Source of the DNA: Thermoproteota archaeon
GTDB taxonomy: Archaea > Thermoproteota > Thermoprotei_A > Sulfolobales > Ignisphaeraceae
Length of the DNA stretch: 64,000 nt
Direction of reading: 5' to 3'
Assembly (NCBI GenBank): GCA_030550585.1
Contig: JAUQPB010000001.1
Span: 32,001-96,000 of the forward strand
Shown here: one piece after another, positions 9,814 through 20,674 of the stretch
Layout: the number at the start of each line of letters is the position of its first letter
How positions within the stretch are numbered: position 1 is the first letter of the stretch
Notes under the pieces: model-generated
Told to the model about the DNA's origin: nothing
Databases searched by the model: none
What the model saw: the letters and a program-made list of their open reading frames with translations, nothing else
Program-made: the position numbers and the translations under genes

Positions 9814-10503
9814 TTACGCAACCCCCTTTCTAACGCTTTCGATATATCTTGCTATGTCTGCAAACTCTGTTTTTCGCTGTGTTCTTGGTTTCCCAATAGG
9901 TATTATGTACATTGGTGTCTCGCCACTTTTCAGAGTTAATATCTCGGCAACTCTTCTATCATCAAATGCTCCTATAGCGACTGTTCCAAGGCCTAGGGTT
10001 GTTGCCATCAGATATATGTTTTGCCCTGCATGACCCACATCCATAGGCACATATCTTGTTCTACCCCTCTCGCCATAGAATCTAGTTGTTCTTTCAAAAA
10101 CAGCTGTTATCACAATGTCTATGGGTGCTTCTCTAACCCATGGCTGATTCAAAGCCGCTTTTGATAGAGCCTCTCTATAGTCCCCATGCTTTATCAGTTC
10201 AATTGCATGTGCTCTATCGTTGTATTTGTATATTGCTGGTTCTAGGTATGTACTATTTGTTAAAACACTTTTCTCTCCGACGACAACATATATTTCTAGT
10301 GGGTATGTTGCTCCAGCGCTTGGAGATGATCTAAAACCGTGTTTGGGGTCTGTAACTCCATAGGCAGCCCACAAAAGCATTGAAAGCTGCTCAACTGTTA
10401 TGGGATCAGGTGAAAACTCTCTAACACTTCTCCTCAAAAGAATAGCCTCCTCAACAGAAACGCTAGAAACCTTTTTAGGGAAAGGCAGTAGTATTATGGT
10501 CAA
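9814..10503 (-). CDS. SagB/ThcOx-type nitroreductase family protein
   Basis: RRSVREF, SPSAGATYPLE, DVGHAGQNIYL, GTVAIGAFDD. Confidence 0.9.
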   Translation of the reverse strand: MTIILLPFPKKVSSVSVEEAILLRRSVREFSPDPITVEQLSMLLWAAYGVTDPKHGFRSSPSAGATYPLEIYVVVGEKSVLTNSTYLEPAIYKYNDRAHAIELIKHGDYREALSKAALNQPWVREAPIDIVITAVFERTTRFYGERGRTRYVPMDVGHAGQNIYLMATTLGLGTVAIGAFDDRRVAEILTLKSGETPMYIIPIGKPRTQRKTEFADIARYIESVRKGVA

Positions 10504-11228
10504 ACTTGAGTCACCTCAAATTGTTTATAGATCTTCTCAAGCTCTTTCACAGCTACTTCAAGCTCATCAATGTTATTAATACCAGCTGTAATAACGATAT
10601 CGTTATTCTCTGAAATATCTGGTCTTGCATACCTTGGTTTAAATAATTCAACAGTTCTTTTTATGAATAAGAGGTTTTGCACATTTGTAATGTCATTAGC
10701 ATATTTTGCGATACCCTCACCCTCCAGATGCATGCCATATTCCTCAACATAAACATTGAACGAAATTCTGTTTCTGCCACTATATTTATATGCACTAACA
10801 ATTTTTTCGCCGTTTCTCAATGGAGTTGCAACTCTATAACCCAAGTCTTGGAGTTTTTTCACAACGTCTTTGAATCTTTCATCAATTACATGCTCAAATA
10901 CTTCAACGGGCCCACTCCAACCAGCAATTGTGTGCAGAGCATCCACCACAGCACCAATATGTATCACTGGTGTGTAGGGCTGTGAAAAGCCGTGGAACAT
11001 GCATATAGCTTTTTGTGGTGGCCAATAGTATACACCTCCCCTCTTAACACGGTATACAAAATCTTTTTCGCTGAAATCTATTTTTATTGGCGATGGAAAG
11101 CATATCTCTTGTTTCCATGTAGTAGCCTCAGATTTAAATGGAATATAAGACTTTATACAATTGCTATGATTCTCAACATCTATCACAAGAGAGCTATTTG
11201 TATTCTTAAAAAGCACCTCTAAAAGCAT
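10500..11228 (-). CDS. Cyclophilin-like fold protein with C-terminal extension
   Basis: PFKSEATTWKQEICF, GGVYYWPPQKAICMFHG.SQP. Confidence 0.7.
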   Translation of the reverse strand: MLLEVLFKNTNSSLVIDVENHSNCIKSYIPFKSEATTWKQEICFPSPIKIDFSEKDFVYRVKRGGVYYWPPQKAICMFHGFSQPYTPVIHIGAVVDALHTIAGWSGPVEVFEHVIDERFKDVVKKLQDLGYRVATPLRNGEKIVSAYKYSGRNRISFNVYVEEYGMHLEGEGIAKYANDITNVQNLLFIKRTVELFKPRYARPDISENNDIVITAGINNIDELEVAVKELEKIYKQFEVTQV

Positions 11229-11286
11229 ATTTCTAGGCCTCTAAAAATTCTGTGCCCCTGATGTATAAGCAAAGCAGTTTTATTAT

Positions 11287-12030
11287 CTACCTTTTCTTTT
11301 TCTTTGGGGCTGATATCTTAACCCTAGCTATTTCAGTAGATTTATATGCATCAAGTGCTACGAAGGTTATAATGGCTATTCCAAAGCCTATTAGAGCGGC
11401 CGCCACAAACATCCCTCTGGCGTCTACGCCACACACATATCTTATCTCTCTTTGGTTCCAGCTAGATGGTGACAAATCGAATTTTATCGATGGTGAGGAT
11501 TCGAATGAGAGGGCTGAGATATTGAATGAAACAACCCTGAATTTAGACGATGCGTTGATCTCAATTGTGTAAACGCCTTTTGGCATTGAGGGTGGCGATA
11601 GGAAGAATTTGCTGTCTGAAACAGTCGATGTGTTGTACTGCAAGGGTATGTACAGCAACGTGGCATTTTTACTATCCCTCACTGTTATCGATCCTGTAAC
11701 ATTCTTCGACTCAGACACTATGTCGTATTTCACTAGAAATGGTGAGACAGCTGATGTATTCAAAGAGATTGTGTCTCTATATGTTTCGCCAGGGCTTAGC
11801 GTCACATTTGATATCTTTCCAAAAACTATTGTGACGTACTGTGTGTAGTTGCTGAGCAGAGATAAGACGCCTTCGAATTTGTTTGGTACTGAGACATATG
11901 TTGAACACGACTTTAAGTCGATACCGTAGTTAGATAGTATTAGCACCCATCCAATAACAAAGGCTAGGATCCCCGTGGCTATTAGGACAACAGCTACATC
12001 TCTACTCAACATAATGCGCCACCCAATCAA
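11287..12030 (-). CDS. Hypothetical membrane protein (N- and C-terminal TM)
   Basis: Two hydrophobic helices flanking a beta-rich domain; basic tail. Start may be ATG 12012. Confidence 0.75.
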   Translation of the reverse strand: MIGWRIMLSRDVAVVLIATGILAFVIGWVLILSNYGIDLKSCSTYVSVPNKFEGVLSLLSNYTQYVTIVFGKISNVTLSPGETYRDTISLNTSAVSPFLVKYDIVSESKNVTGSITVRDSKNATLLYIPLQYNTSTVSDSKFFLSPPSMPKGVYTIEINASSKFRVVSFNISALSFESSPSIKFDLSPSSWNQREIRYVCGVDARGMFVAAALIGFGIAIITFVALDAYKSTEIARVKISAPKKKKR

Positions 12031-12119
12031 TTTATCAATCTAGTAGGTATAGCAAGGGTTAAAGTATATATACTTTTTCCTTAGCCACAGTTTATCACGC
12101 AATAAAAAAGGGGCTAAAA

Positions 12120-14069
12120 ATGTCTGTAGCAATAGATGATGGCATCATTTTAATTGATGGGGAATTCAAGTTTTTGCTAGGTGTTAACTATTGGCCCAGA
12201 AAATTGAATATTAGAATGTGGAGGGACTGGAATGAGGATGCGATTAAAGAGGATTTGAAGTTGATGAGATCTCTTGGTATCAGGGCTGTCAGATTCTTTA
12301 TAAAGAACGAAGATTTTGCTGATGAAGATGCAAACGTTTTTCCAGATGCGCTGAGAAAGCTGGGGAGGTTTCTGGATCTGCTAAGAGAAAACGGCTTAAT
12401 TGGCTTTCCAACTCTTATTGTGGGGCACATGAGTGGGAAGAACTGGGAGATTCCATGGCTAAAACCGGAGGAGATCTACACCTCTCACGGAATTGAAAAG
12501 ACTATAAGATTTGTAGAGGCTATAGTCAAAAGCTTTTCTGACCATCCATCGATCAAGGGGTGGATTCTAAGCAACGAGCTTAGTCTTGTTAAAAGGGCTG
12601 AGAAGAGGGAAGAGGCTCTAGCACTTCTAAAACTCTTTTCCAGAACAGTCAAGGAATTGGCAAACAATGTTTTGGTCTCCTCTGGCGATGTGCCAGACAG
12701 CTATTTGCAGGAAACACCAAATGTCAAATCTATTGTAGACTATGTTGGACCCCATCTATATCTATACGACACCGATCCAGTCAGACATGGATATACCTAT
12801 GGAGCTATGATAGAGCTTTTCTCAAATGACGGTACACTACCTGTGATACTAGAGGAGTTTGGTTTTAGCACACACCAATACTCAGAGGAGAGTCAGGCAA
12901 GATTCGTAAACGAGGTTCTATACACATCCCTAGCCCACAGAGCCTCAGGTGCTTTCATATGGTGCTTCTCAGATTTTATCCACGAGAGCGATCCGCCATA
13001 TGAGTGGAGACCTCTTGAACTAGGCTTTGGCATAGTCAGAAAAGACGGTTCTCCAAAGCCTGTTGCAGAAGTTGTGAAGAGGTTTTCAGAGGAGCTAGAA
13101 ACTATTGAGAAGCTCAAGATAAATACTGTGTTTAGGAGAAGACCCGAGGTATCAATTGTATCTCCGTTCTATCTCTTCAAAGACTATGAATTTGTGTGGT
13201 ACAAAAATGCGCTGGACTTTTGGAGGGTTATACAGCCAGTCATAGCCGCAAGCATAATAGCATCTTCTTGTGGGGTGGACAACACAATTGTGTTTGAACT
13301 AGACATAGACAGGGTTGTTAAAAACAAAAAGCTACTGATAATGCCGTCAACTATATTGGCCTTGTCCTCGACATGGAGAAAGCTTCTAGAATATGTAGAT
13401 GGAGGTGGATCGCTATACACATCACTTGTAAAAGGATTTGGAGATTTCAAGGCTTCACACGAATCCGCAACACATCTGTGGACAGAGCTCATGGGAATCG
13501 AAAACATTCTTGAGGCTGGGTCATATGGCTTCGTATACTATGGCAAGATCTCTATAGAGTTTGTCAAGGATCTTGGAGAAATTAGAAAGGGAGAGAAAAT
13601 CGATGTCAACATCCCAATACCGATATACACATATAGGTGTAGAGCCGTTGATGCAGAGGTTATAGCTGTTGATGGCAATGGAGAGCCTGTTATCTTCAGA
13701 GCTAGGAGAGGCAATGGCTATGCATATACATCGACAATACCGATAGAGCTTATAGAAGCTGTTTCAGTGCATATGGACTGGAGTGGGAGGATCCAGAGGC
13801 TATACAAATCAATTGCAGCAGAATCCAATGTGAGCATAGTCTACGAGTCTACATCTCCCGAGGTGGAGGTAAAGCCGTTCTACGGCAGTGGATCAGACAT
13901 AGTCATAGCTGTAAACCACGGCGATAGCAAAACGGTTGAGATTCTGATTAGAAGAGAAGCTAAGAGCATATCGAAAATTGGGGGAGATGCAAAGATTGTT
14001 TCTGCCGAGGGTAGAAAGGCCATTGTTGAAATGCCGAAGAAATCAGCTATTGTCTTGCAAATCACATAA
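12120..14069 (+). CDS. Clan GH-A glycoside hydrolase (GH5-like, beta-mannosidase/mannanase type)
   Basis: GVNYWPR, acid/base WILSNE, nucleophile LEEFG, GAFIWCFSD; C-terminal trimerisation-like domain. Confidence 0.85.
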   Translation: MSVAIDDGIILIDGEFKFLLGVNYWPRKLNIRMWRDWNEDAIKEDLKLMRSLGIRAVRFFIKNEDFADEDANVFPDALRKLGRFLDLLRENGLIGFPTLIVGHMSGKNWEIPWLKPEEIYTSHGIEKTIRFVEAIVKSFSDHPSIKGWILSNELSLVKRAEKREEALALLKLFSRTVKELANNVLVSSGDVPDSYLQETPNVKSIVDYVGPHLYLYDTDPVRHGYTYGAMIELFSNDGTLPVILEEFGFSTHQYSEESQARFVNEVLYTSLAHRASGAFIWCFSDFIHESDPPYEWRPLELGFGIVRKDGSPKPVAEVVKRFSEELETIEKLKINTVFRRRPEVSIVSPFYLFKDYEFVWYKNALDFWRVIQPVIAASIIASSCGVDNTIVFELDIDRVVKNKKLLIMPSTILALSSTWRKLLEYVDGGGSLYTSLVKGFGDFKASHESATHLWTELMGIENILEAGSYGFVYYGKISIEFVKDLGEIRKGEKIDVNIPIPIYTYRCRAVDAEVIAVDGNGEPVIFRARRGNGYAYTSTIPIELIEAVSVHMDWSGRIQRLYKSIAAESNVSIVYESTSPEVEVKPFYGSGSDIVIAVNHGDSKTVEILIRREAKSISKIGGDAKIVSAEGRKAIVEMPKKSAIVLQIT

Positions 14070-14072
14070 CTT

Positions 14073-14903
14073 TTATCTGGATCCAAACACCCTGCTTATC
14101 TCAAGCCAGTCCTCCCTAGACAGTCTCCACCCCATTGCACCGGCATTCTCCTTGACATGCTCTATACTAGCAGCTTTTGGTATTGGGATAACGTTGTCTA
14201 TGCATATAAGCCAGTTTAAAGCTACCTGCACTGCTGTCTTGCCATATTTCCTACCAATATTCTCTAGGTAGGCGTTTCTCGCGAGCTGGCCTCTTTCAAG
14301 TGGTGTGTAAGCCATGTACATAAGACCCTCTCGCTGTGCATATGGTATAACATCTTTTTCATCGTCTCTATGAAGCAAGCTGAAATGGTTTTGTACTGCA
14401 ACAACATCGTATTTCTTTGTACATGACCTAGCCTCCTCTATTCCCCTCACAGAGAAGTTTGAAAGCCCATAGAATCTTATAACACCATCGTCAACAAGCT
14501 TCTCAAAAGCCTTTATAGTTTCGCATATTGGTGCAGCATCGCTTGGCCAGTGGAGGAGATATAGGTCTATGTATGTCCCCAGCCTCTTAGAGCTTGCCAC
14601 AGCAGATTTCAGCACATTATCGTATGAGGCATTGGAGGGCCAAACCTTTGAAACTATGAAAAGCTCATCTCTTTTGAAACCCCTTATAGCTAGACCCACA
14701 ATCTCCTCGGCATGTCCACCACCATACATTTCAGCAGTGTCTATAAGTGTCATACCAAGCTCTATACCCTTTCTCAAAGCCTCTACCCACTCCCTATCCA
14801 TCGAATAGTCTGGCACCCAATAACCGCCGCCAATGCCCCATGTACCCATGCCCAACGAAGATACACAGCCAATTTTATTAAAGCATTTAACATCTTTAGC
14901 CAT
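14073..14903 (-). CDS. Aldo/keto reductase
   Basis: LGMGTW, IDTAEMYG, IDLYLLHWP, GLSNF, IPIPKA. Confidence 0.95.
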   Translation of the reverse strand: MAKDVKCFNKIGCVSSLGMGTWGIGGGYWVPDYSMDREWVEALRKGIELGMTLIDTAEMYGGGHAEEIVGLAIRGFKRDELFIVSKVWPSNASYDNVLKSAVASSKRLGTYIDLYLLHWPSDAAPICETIKAFEKLVDDGVIRFYGLSNFSVRGIEEARSCTKKYDVVAVQNHFSLLHRDDEKDVIPYAQREGLMYMAYTPLERGQLARNAYLENIGRKYGKTAVQVALNWLICIDNVIPIPKAASIEHVKENAGAMGWRLSREDWLEISRVFGSR

Positions 14904-15001
14904 GGTCTACCACCAAAAAACTGTTATCCAAGCCCAGCTATGCACAATATGTAGAACTGTGCTTATCTCTTTAAAAAATCTAAGCCCTATGAGCTCTATC
15001 C

Positions 15002-15730
15002 TCAGCTCACATACTCATAGACTTGGTCTACAACATCTTGGAAACTCTTCGATCTTCTATCCCTAGGCCTTGGCAACTTAACCTCAATTATTTTAGTTAT
15101 CTTCGCTGGTCTCGGCGTCAGTATCACTATCCTATCTGCCATGAGCACAGCCTCCTCAACATTGTGAGTGACCATAACTATGCTCTTAACTGTTGTTACC
15201 CCAGATAGCCATATATCGAGTATCTCGGCCCTGAGAGCCTCAGCTGTTAGCGGATCTAGCTGCGAGAACGGCTCATCCATTAGAAGTATTGTGGGCTCAA
15301 CAACAAGCGCTCTAGCAATGTTCACCCTCTGCCTCATACCACCGCTGAGCTCCTGTGGATAGAAGTCCTCAAAGCCATTGAGACCGACGAGAGATAGATA
15401 CTTCAAGGCCTTTTCCCTTGCAACCTTTTTGTCAACACCTTTTGCAATGAGGGGGAGGGCAACATTGTCTACAACTGTTAGCCAGGGTAGCAGGGTAGGG
15501 GATTGGAAAACAAATCCATAGACAAGGTTTCCAACTGTTTTTATCTCACCGCTGTCAGCCTTCTCAACACCTGCTATAATTCTAAGCAGAGTCGATTTTC
15601 CACAGCCAGATGGACCTAGAATGGCTATGAACTCCTCGCCAATGTCAAGTGTTATACCATCTAATACCCTGAGGACTTTGCCTCCTTCGCCAAAGCTTTT
15701 AACGATATTGATGAGGCTAACAAGGGCCAT
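15002..15730 (-). CDS. ABC ATPase, NitT/TauT family
   Basis: GPSGCGKS, LSGGMRQR, LLMDEPFSQLD, VTHNVEEA. Confidence 0.95.
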   Translation of the reverse strand: MALVSLINIVKSFGEGGKVLRVLDGITLDIGEEFIAILGPSGCGKSTLLRIIAGVEKADSGEIKTVGNLVYGFVFQSPTLLPWLTVVDNVALPLIAKGVDKKVAREKALKYLSLVGLNGFEDFYPQELSGGMRQRVNIARALVVEPTILLMDEPFSQLDPLTAEALRAEILDIWLSGVTTVKSIVMVTHNVEEAVLMADRIVILTPRPAKITKIIEVKLPRPRDRRSKSFQDVVDQVYEYVS

Positions 15731-15732
15731 GT

Positions 15733-17211
15733 CTATTCAACCACAAAAGACTTTTCAACACGTTTAAAAATCTGCGACCACACAGACTTATTTAACAATA
15801 CTATCATTAGAGCCCACAGAATAACTGTATAGAGAACTATATCATATCTACCTCCATACGTGTATTTGCTTAGCATAGAGCCAACACCACCAAGATCAAT
15901 TGTTGTAGAACCACTCTCAAAATATTCTGCAACTATAGATGCATTCCATGCCCCACCCCAAGCACTTAAAGCGCCAGAGGCTATCGATGGCAGAAGCGAT
16001 GGTATTAGAATATATCTGAAGTAGTTGAATCCTCTTATGCTATAGACCTTTGCCAGCTCTAGAACCTCCATCTTAATCTTTGGCACTCCAAACAACATAA
16101 CATTGAAGAATTCGTACCAGAGAGAACCTTGTAGAAAGACTATGAATGAAACCAGCCAAGATGCTTTGACTGCCAGCGGTGATAGGATAGGCCACCACAG
16201 TATAGCTGGTATAGATGCTAGGATCTCGCCTACAATAGCTATTATCGGGCCCAAGCCCTTTACAAGAGAGAGATATGCCATGACAATTGTTATCATAAAA
16301 GAGACTACCACTACTAGACTAACTCTAGCAAGAGAGATTAGGAAGTTTGTCATAAACTCTAATATGAATAAAGGACTTTTCTGCAAGTTTGCAACGACAT
16401 TGATGTATAGAAGAGGTAGGGTTAGTAGTGGAACAGCAATAACCATGTTATGCTTTGCCATGCCCTTGGACTCAAACTTTATTCCGAGATGCATGATATG
16501 CTCCCAAACAATAGACACAAATCTATAGATGTAGTAGAACGCTCTATGCCATGCTGGAAGCAGGTGATGCTGTATCACCAGATTTGTGGCTGGATTGAAT
16601 ATGAGTAGATAAGATGCTATAATAATTGCAAACAGAACTGCTGTAGCAATGTAAAATTCTAGCATGTCTCCCTTGCTATACAAGTCCATTATTAGAGAGC
16701 CTATGCCTAGAAGCTTGTACTCCTCGGATCCAGCCGATATGACCTCTGCTGATGTTAGGAAAAACCATCCTCCAGCCCACGAAATTATGCTGTTAGCAGC
16801 TATAGCTGCTCTAGCCGCCGGCACATATATGTATGCAATTCTAGAAAATGTTTTGAGTCTGTATACACTAGCCATGTGAAACATGTTAGGATCTAAAGAC
16901 TTTACAGAAGTGTAGACACCGAATATCATGTTCCATAGAAGACTGGTTGTTATTAGAAAGATTGCTGCAAGTTCTAGTCCAATACTTTTAGGGAGGAAAG
17001 ACACGAAAATCACAATTGCTATTGGGAAGAAGCCTAGTATTGGAATGGACTGGAGAACATCTAGAATAGGCATCAAAATCGCTTCTGCAGTTCTTCTCCT
17101 AGCCATTAGAATACCTAGTGAGATGGCAACTAGAAGAGACAGTATATATGCAGCAAGCATTCTTCCGAAACTCGCCAAAGATGCTAGGACTAGGAGTACA
17201 ACATCCAACAT
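15733..17211 (-). CDS. ABC permease, NitT/TauT family, duplicated TM domains
   Basis: LDVLQSIPILGFFP, SWAGGWFFL, AWGGAWNASIVAE. Confidence 0.9.
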   Translation of the reverse strand: MLDVVLLVLASLASFGRMLAAYILSLLVAISLGILMARRRTAEAILMPILDVLQSIPILGFFPIAIVIFVSFLPKSIGLELAAIFLITTSLLWNMIFGVYTSVKSLDPNMFHMASVYRLKTFSRIAYIYVPAARAAIAANSIISWAGGWFFLTSAEVISAGSEEYKLLGIGSLIMDLYSKGDMLEFYIATAVLFAIIIASYLLIFNPATNLVIQHHLLPAWHRAFYYIYRFVSIVWEHIMHLGIKFESKGMAKHNMVIAVPLLTLPLLYINVVANLQKSPLFILEFMTNFLISLARVSLVVVVSFMITIVMAYLSLVKGLGPIIAIVGEILASIPAILWWPILSPLAVKASWLVSFIVFLQGSLWYEFFNVMLFGVPKIKMEVLELAKVYSIRGFNYFRYILIPSLLPSIASGALSAWGGAWNASIVAEYFESGSTTIDLGGVGSMLSKYTYGGRYDIVLYTVILWALMIVLLNKSVWSQIFKRVEKSFVVE

Positions 17212-17304
17212 CCCAACCTTTTGCAGTGCTCGGTCATTGACATAGATATAACATAGATTTAAAAAGCTCTTTAGATAATTAGATTATTTAGGTGCTTATC
17301 GGAG

Positions 17305-17802
17305 GTGTCAAAAGAGGCAGATAAAAACCTTCGTTTCATCCCACGTGATGTACTCCCAGACCATGTTATAGGGTTGGTAGAGGCATTGTATAGCTTGGGT
17401 GGCTCGGCAGACCCCATGCACATAGGCGATATCACAAGCGAGTCGATAGATGTTCTTCCAAAGGCTATAGATGTTGCAGAAGCGCTGAACCTGTTGAGAT
17501 ATGAGAACGGCTACCTATATATAACAGAGCTTGGTAGAAAGGTTGCTGAAGCCAATGCTAAGAAGCTGAAGAAAATTCTTAGAGAGATTGTTCTATTAAA
17601 CAGAATTGAGCCTCTCTACGAGATCTACACAATACTAAAGGAGAGAAGGGCTATACCTGTAGAAGAGTTTAAAAACATAGTTGAGAAACATTACAGAAGA
17701 ATAAACAGGGATGTTATAAAAAATGTTCTTGTTTGGGGTGCTTATCTAGAGCTCTTCAAAATGAGTGAAGACGACTCACAAATAGTTTTAATACATGACT
17801 AG
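17305..17802 (+). CDS. Stand-alone AAA-associated (wHTH-like) domain protein
   Basis: GLVEALYSLGG.AD...AIDVAEALNLL...ITELG...LVWGAY.ELF resembles the C-terminal domain of NitT/TauT ATPases. Confidence 0.7.
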   Translation: MSKEADKNLRFIPRDVLPDHVIGLVEALYSLGGSADPMHIGDITSESIDVLPKAIDVAEALNLLRYENGYLYITELGRKVAEANAKKLKKILREIVLLNRIEPLYEIYTILKERRAIPVEEFKNIVEKHYRRINRDVIKNVLVWGAYLELFKMSEDDSQIVLIHD

Positions 17803-17854
17803 TTCTAATACAATGCAGAGTCTTTAATAGCTTCTATGGCAATTACACCATGGT

Positions 17855-19192
17855 TTACATCATATGCTTGGATATGTTTATATTTCTTACAAGCACAAAT
17901 GGTACTTTCGATGGTGTTGAAACCTCCCACCACTGAATTCTGTATAGCTCTCTTCCCACCATCTCAATATTGTTCAATATATTCGATAGTTTGTCCGCTA
18001 TCCTGATTTTTGTAACAGGCCTGGCTATTCTGCCATTCTCTATATAGAATATTGCATCTCTAGCAACAGTGGAGAAGATCCCTTCGACATAGTTCTGAAG
18101 CCTTGTATACCAGTTGTTTGTTACCAAAATGCCTCTCCTAACCTCCGATACCATCTCATCCAATGTCGCATCACCAGGCCTTACAACAATGTTCCACGGT
18201 CTTGGGCTTATCCAACCAGCATTAGCCGTCGAGCTTGCTCCCAGCAACCTAGCCGTTTTTGTGTTATGTAGAAATGTCTTCAGCGTGCCACTCTCTATAA
18301 TCGGCTTGTTGAATGTCTCTAGGGCCTCATCATCAAAGCTTCTGTAACTTGGCAGCTCCCTGTTTCTTGGCTCGTCCAAAATGGTTAGATGCTCTGATGC
18401 GATTCTATCCCCAGGCCTGTTCTTCATGAACATCGACCAGCCCATTATAACCCAGTATGCCGATGCCATCGAAACTATGTAGTCAAGCAGATTGCCGAAT
18501 ACCATGGGGCTTAGAATAACATCGTAAACGCCTGGCTCAATCTCGCTTCTACCTCTAGACTCTACAGCGTATCTAGATGCTATAAAAGCCATTGTCTCAA
18601 GCTCTTTAGTGTCTAGAGATGTTGATGTGAAGCACCATTGTCCACTTCCATCCGGTTCTGCAAATGCTCTGACATAGCTTTGCAGAAACGTCTTTCTCTC
18701 TTCTAGCAATGCCCCCTTAGAAGTTGCTAAAACAGTTTCTGTTTCACCCATTTGAAGCATTCCAGCCACGCTATCTATCTTCTCCCTGTGGGCAGCCTCT
18801 ATAACCATTTCAGCAAACTTGCCGATATTGTCTATATTATTGTGTATCCCCTTGTCGAAGACCTCTTCCCTATATGTAATCTTGCTTGGCTCGGGCAGAG
18901 GTGCATAGATAGGCGATTCCTCTATCCTTCTAGACAACGACAATAGCGTCTCAACTGGTTTGTATAGCTCCTCTAGACTCTTTGGCTCGAATCTGAGAAC
19001 AAATATTCTCTTCTCCTTAGCTAGGTAAAGATCTATTGTAACCCCCTTCCAGTTCTGAACCACACTAACCTCGCTATTAGCTATTTTAGTCATCACCACG
19101 TCTTTAATAGTCGCTTCAATAGCCACATCTTCAAAACCCATTTTGCTAAGTTCGTTCACGAGCCTAGCCACAAAATCAACATCTATGTTCAT
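17855..19192 (-). CDS. pmbA: TldE/PmbA family protein
   Basis: FDDEAL, TFLHNTKTA, STANAG; no HExxH; overlaps the end of tldD. Confidence 0.9.
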   Translation of the reverse strand: MNIDVDFVARLVNELSKMGFEDVAIEATIKDVVMTKIANSEVSVVQNWKGVTIDLYLAKEKRIFVLRFEPKSLEELYKPVETLLSLSRRIEESPIYAPLPEPSKITYREEVFDKGIHNNIDNIGKFAEMVIEAAHREKIDSVAGMLQMGETETVLATSKGALLEERKTFLQSYVRAFAEPDGSGQWCFTSTSLDTKELETMAFIASRYAVESRGRSEIEPGVYDVILSPMVFGNLLDYIVSMASAYWVIMGWSMFMKNRPGDRIASEHLTILDEPRNRELPSYRSFDDEALETFNKPIIESGTLKTFLHNTKTARLLGASSTANAGWISPRPWNIVVRPGDATLDEMVSEVRRGILVTNNWYTRLQNYVEGIFSTVARDAIFYIENGRIARPVTKIRIADKLSNILNNIEMVGRELYRIQWWEVSTPSKVPFVLVRNINISKHMM

Positions 19193-20622
19193 TGCACCGC
19201 CACCCCAAGTCTAACACTCTTTAACCTTACATCAGGTCCCCCAAACCATACCGGAACACCTTGCATCGGCTCACCCTTGCCACATGTCCCAGCATAGAAT
19301 CTGAGCTCCTTCCCAACAGCATCTATGCTACTATAAAAGGATTTTGTTGTAAGCTCTAGAACAGGGTTTCTAACAAGCTTTGTCGGCTCTCCATGCTCAA
19401 TTAGATAAGCCTCTAAGCCAACGTATCTCTGGCTCCACCTCTCATCATCTATGTTCCACTCCATATAGCTTTTTATGTACACCCCCAGCTTCACATCCTC
19501 TAAGAGCTCCTCGAACTTGTGGTCACCTGGTCTTAGATATGTGTTGGCCATTCTCACTATAGGCTCGCTCGTATAGTCCATGGCTCTGGCAGCCGCATTA
19601 CTTTCAACACCAAATGTCTTTGCGGTTTCTCTATTATGCAGAAACTCGTTTATCAAACCCTCTTTATATAGGTAGCGGGGTCTGGCTGCAACACCCTCGT
19701 CATCGTATAGATAGAACCCGTAGCTGCCAGGGATTGTAGGGTCGTCAACTACAGTTGCATTCTCATTCCCTATTCTATAGCCGATCATATTTGGCTTTAT
19801 GAAGCTCTTCCCAGCCTGGGCAGCCTCTCTACCAAGTATCCTGTCAGCCTCACTTGGATGGCCACAGCTCTCATGAACTATTAGACCGACTATTTCACTG
19901 CCAACAACAACTGGCACACTATCCTTTGGCGGCTCTACAGCTGTTAGAAGTATCTCCTCAAGCTTTCTAACCTCATCAGCAGCAGCCCCAACAACATTCC
20001 ACTTCTCAAGCCATTCCAAGCCACCTGAAGCCCCTAATCCTCTAGCTCTCTGGATATAGCCTTTCTGCGGATGGTAAACAACTATGTTGTAGTCCATGGA
20101 TATTCTTGGAATAGAGCTCTCCACATAGGCCCCATCACTGTTAGCCACAATCTTCTCCTCAACCCACTCTACATAAGAAAGCGTTGCAACAGGCACCTTC
20201 GCCTCCCTAACAGAATTTGATACAGAGTTCCAGAATAGCTTATGCAAACCAATCTTCTCCTCAAAATCAATGTTAGAGAATTTCTTCAAGGGATTCACAG
20301 AGTATTTGACCCTGCCAAGCCTTGCCTCAGACAATTCAATAGGCCTCTTAACCACATTCCTATGCGTTCTCGCTCTAGCAATAGCCTTTTGAACAGCCTC
20401 TCTAACACCATCCCTACTCAAATTGTTTGTTGATGCAAATCCTAGAACGCCGTCGACTAGAACCCTTATTGCAATCCCTTCGCTTATCTCGCTATAAGCA
20501 GATATTAGCACCCCATTTCTAGAGCTCATACCCTGAGACTCTAGCCTGTGGTATCTGGCCTCAGCATATTTTGCCCCAGATTCCCCTGCAATCTGCAGGG
20601 CGTATAACAACAAGTCCTCCAA
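19189..20622 (-). CDS. tldD: TldD metalloprotease
   Basis: HESCGHPSEADR, YDDEG, PIVRMANT, GTCGKGEP.Q. Confidence 0.95.
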   Translation of the reverse strand: MEDLLLYALQIAGESGAKYAEARYHRLESQGMSSRNGVLISAYSEISEGIAIRVLVDGVLGFASTNNLSRDGVREAVQKAIARARTHRNVVKRPIELSEARLGRVKYSVNPLKKFSNIDFEEKIGLHKLFWNSVSNSVREAKVPVATLSYVEWVEEKIVANSDGAYVESSIPRISMDYNIVVYHPQKGYIQRARGLGASGGLEWLEKWNVVGAAADEVRKLEEILLTAVEPPKDSVPVVVGSEIVGLIVHESCGHPSEADRILGREAAQAGKSFIKPNMIGYRIGNENATVVDDPTIPGSYGFYLYDDEGVAARPRYLYKEGLINEFLHNRETAKTFGVESNAAARAMDYTSEPIVRMANTYLRPGDHKFEELLEDVKLGVYIKSYMEWNIDDERWSQRYVGLEAYLIEHGEPTKLVRNPVLELTTKSFYSSIDAVGKELRFYAGTCGKGEPMQGVPVWFGGPDVRLKSVRLGVAVQ

Positions 20623-20674
20623 ATTTTTGCACCAAGGTTAAGAATCTAGTTAAAAAAAGAATTTTTATTTTACT

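Noticed and set aside
9814-20622. SagB-like oxidase plus TldD/E as a RiPP (TOMM) cluster
   Set aside because: The genes are 7 kb apart, there is no YcaO or precursor, and both families are common stand-alone archaeal genes.
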